Of a stretch of DNA of 64,000 nucleotides, positions 61,804 to 64,000 are shown piece after piece. How positions within the stretch are numbered: position 1 is the stretch's first letter; each line of letters opens with the position of its first letter. The DNA is taken from positions 42,408,001 through 42,472,000 of the forward strand of contig OX638162.1 of NCBI GenBank assembly GCA_951804945.1, read 5' to 3'. Origin of the DNA: Podarcis cretensis. Taxonomy: Eukaryota. A program made the position numbers and the translations under genes. The notes under the pieces were generated by a model. The model saw nothing but the letters and a program-made list of their open reading frames with translations, was not told the DNA's origin and made no database searches.

Positions 61804-62562
61804 TCTGAATGACCTCTGAGAACTCGCATTCAGACTTCCAAATCAAAACAGACCTCAGAGAGAAGTTTGAACTTCTATATAATTTTATTTTTATGCTGCC
61901 TTTCCATAGTTAAAAGCCCCTAAACTTCCCATGATAGCTGTCTACACTTCCTTGGGGAAGCCTAACTCACTTCTGACAGCTGCAGCTCTGGATAGATCCT
62001 GTAAAACCATCAGCTACAACAGGCTGCCATCTTCTAACATTACTGTATTTTTCTTGTTGGAAGTGGGAGAAAACATTGTTTGAATCTTAACCAAATAGTG
62101 ACTTGTGTGGCCTTTCTAATGAATTAACTTTCTAAAGAGAGATTCTTACATCCAGATAACATCACCATGTTATATGAATAACATTTTAGGTTCATAATCA
62201 TCTAGTTATATATGTACATAGATAGATAAAAGTTATGTATCCTAATTAAAAAAAATCAATAACAATGATAAATAAATAAATTGGGAGGCTGTGTGGAATA
62301 GAGGGGAGAAAGTGGAGCAATTCCACTGAACCTCTTCCATCTAAAAAAGGGATGGGGACTCTCAGGCCTGGGAGCCAGATACATCACTCCAGGTATCACT
62401 GTCTGCAAACCATGCAACCTCCCAAGCCACATCCCTCCCCAGCCTTGCTTTGCACGCTCCTCACATGTGTTTGCCTGGCTAGAATGTGTCCCTGAACTCT
62501 GATGAACTCCTTGCTTGTGAGGATGGAGGATAGAAAGGACCTTGTGAGTGTGAAGAAACTTA

Positions 62563-62919
62563 AAAGGTAAAGATAAAGGGACCCCTGACCATTAAGTCCA
62601 GTTGTGACCAACTCTGGGGTTGCGGTGCTCACCTCACTTTACAGGCCGAGGGAGCCAGCGTACAGCTTCCAGGTCATGTGGCCAGCATGACTAAGCCACT
62701 TCTGGCGAACCAGAGCAGTGCACGGAAACACCGTTTACCTTCCCGCCCTAGTGGTACCTATTGATCTACTTGCACTTTGATGTGCTTTCGAACTGCTAGG
62801 TTGGCAGGAGCAGGGACTGAGCAACAGGAGCTCACCCCGTCGCGGGGATTCAAATCACCAATCTTCTGATCGGCAAGTCCTAGGTTCTGTGGTTTAACCC
62901 ACAGCGCCACCCGCATCCC
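62563..62919 (-). mobile_element. Sauria SINE
   Basis: 13-bp TSD GTGAAGAAACTTA. Confidence 0.92.
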
Positions 62920-64000
62920 GTGAAGAAACTTAGCCTGCTGTATAAAGGTGATATTCACATTTACTGTTCTTTCTGCGTTGGCCACAGGCCCTGCCCACGA
63001 CTTCCACAGAGCTCCTGTGAGGTTTCCCAGAAAGGAAAGTGGCCCCTGGGTTGAATCAGCTCCCCACCTTTACACCAGCTCAGTCGGCAGAGCACGAGAC
63101 TCTCAATCTGAAGGCAAAAAGTTTTGTGCATTGCAGGGGTTGGACTAGAGAACCCTTGTGGTCCCTTCCAACCCTATGATTCTGTGCACCAAGGTGACAT
63201 CTCAAAATGCAGCGCCTTGAGGCTTCCATGAGCTGGAGGAGAAATTCCACAAGGAAGCTCAGTTCCTTTAAGAGAGAAAAGAGGTCCGCCCAACCGCCTT
63301 AGAAAATGAGGAAGTGTAACTAGACGAAAGCCTCACCCACTTTACCCAAATTGTAACTGCGATTTTGGAGGGAAACCACCAGTTCCCCTTTTGTTCCTAA
63401 CCAAGAGTGGTGTTTTTAAATTATTATTTTAAGAGCTGCTCTGCAAATCTAGATGCAACCAATGTAGGAATCTTTCATAAACCTTCTGCAGTGTGAGATG
63501 AATCTTCATGTTCAAAACAAAGCAGCCAGTCACTACTGGGAAGTGAAGTAGCAGCAGCAGCTAGGCTCACAAAACCAATTCTGTCCTACTCCGGTCCTGC
63601 TTTTGCTATCAGCCAGCAACGTGTCATGTGCGTCCCATGCTGGAACATCCCCAAATTGCAACATCATTCATATGATTGCAAGAGCTTGATGGGAGTTCAT
63701 TCTTCTAACACCTTTTCAAGGACTCCACCGGAATCAAACATCTTAAGGAACTGCCATGAAAAGAGGATCACCCGACAGCTCAACTGAAAGTCAGGTTCCT
63801 CTCCAGGCAAATGTCATCCCTAGCTAGCAGGACCAGTGGTCAGGGATGATGGGAACTGTAGTCCAAAAACAGCTGGAGGCCCCAATTTGGGAAAGCGTGC
63901 TCTAGTCTAATATTCTGCTAGTTCATCTGTCAGTCCTATGAACACCAAGCATCAGAAACAAAGCACCAGAACAAGGTAAGCCAGCCTTGTAAATAAGGTA

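Overview
Vertebrate genomic DNA, very probably from a lacertid lizard, judged from Sauria SINEs, squamate tRNA-SINEs, CR1/L2 and hAT/pogo MITEs. Three protein-coding genes are supported. (1) The first coding exon of ERI2 (minus, 645-667, MATKKLAR) lies head-to-head across a CpG-rich promoter with (2) a complete REXO5 gene (plus, 19 coding exons, 3272-31701, 763 aa). REXO5 has an intact DEDDh exonuclease domain, two RRM-like regions, GT-AG introns and compatible phases throughout. (3) The complete DCUN1D3 coding sequence is on the minus strand (2 coding exons, 49179-46264, 304 aa); its promoter appears to lie beyond the window. The remainder is intron and intergenic DNA dense in mobile elements. 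I see no new protein system. The most unusual signals are in the mobile DNA: a hAT MITE family with a variable telomere-hexamer minisatellite, hAT MITEs with shared ends but different cargo (one promoter-like), a Sauria SINE with a 92-bp flanking duplication, a composite TIR element with 6-bp TSDs and a captured L2 end, and a Penelope remnant with a degenerate minimal hammerhead ribozyme. DCUN1D3 also has uORFs. Gene and repeat family names rest on recalled sequence similarity, not on searches.
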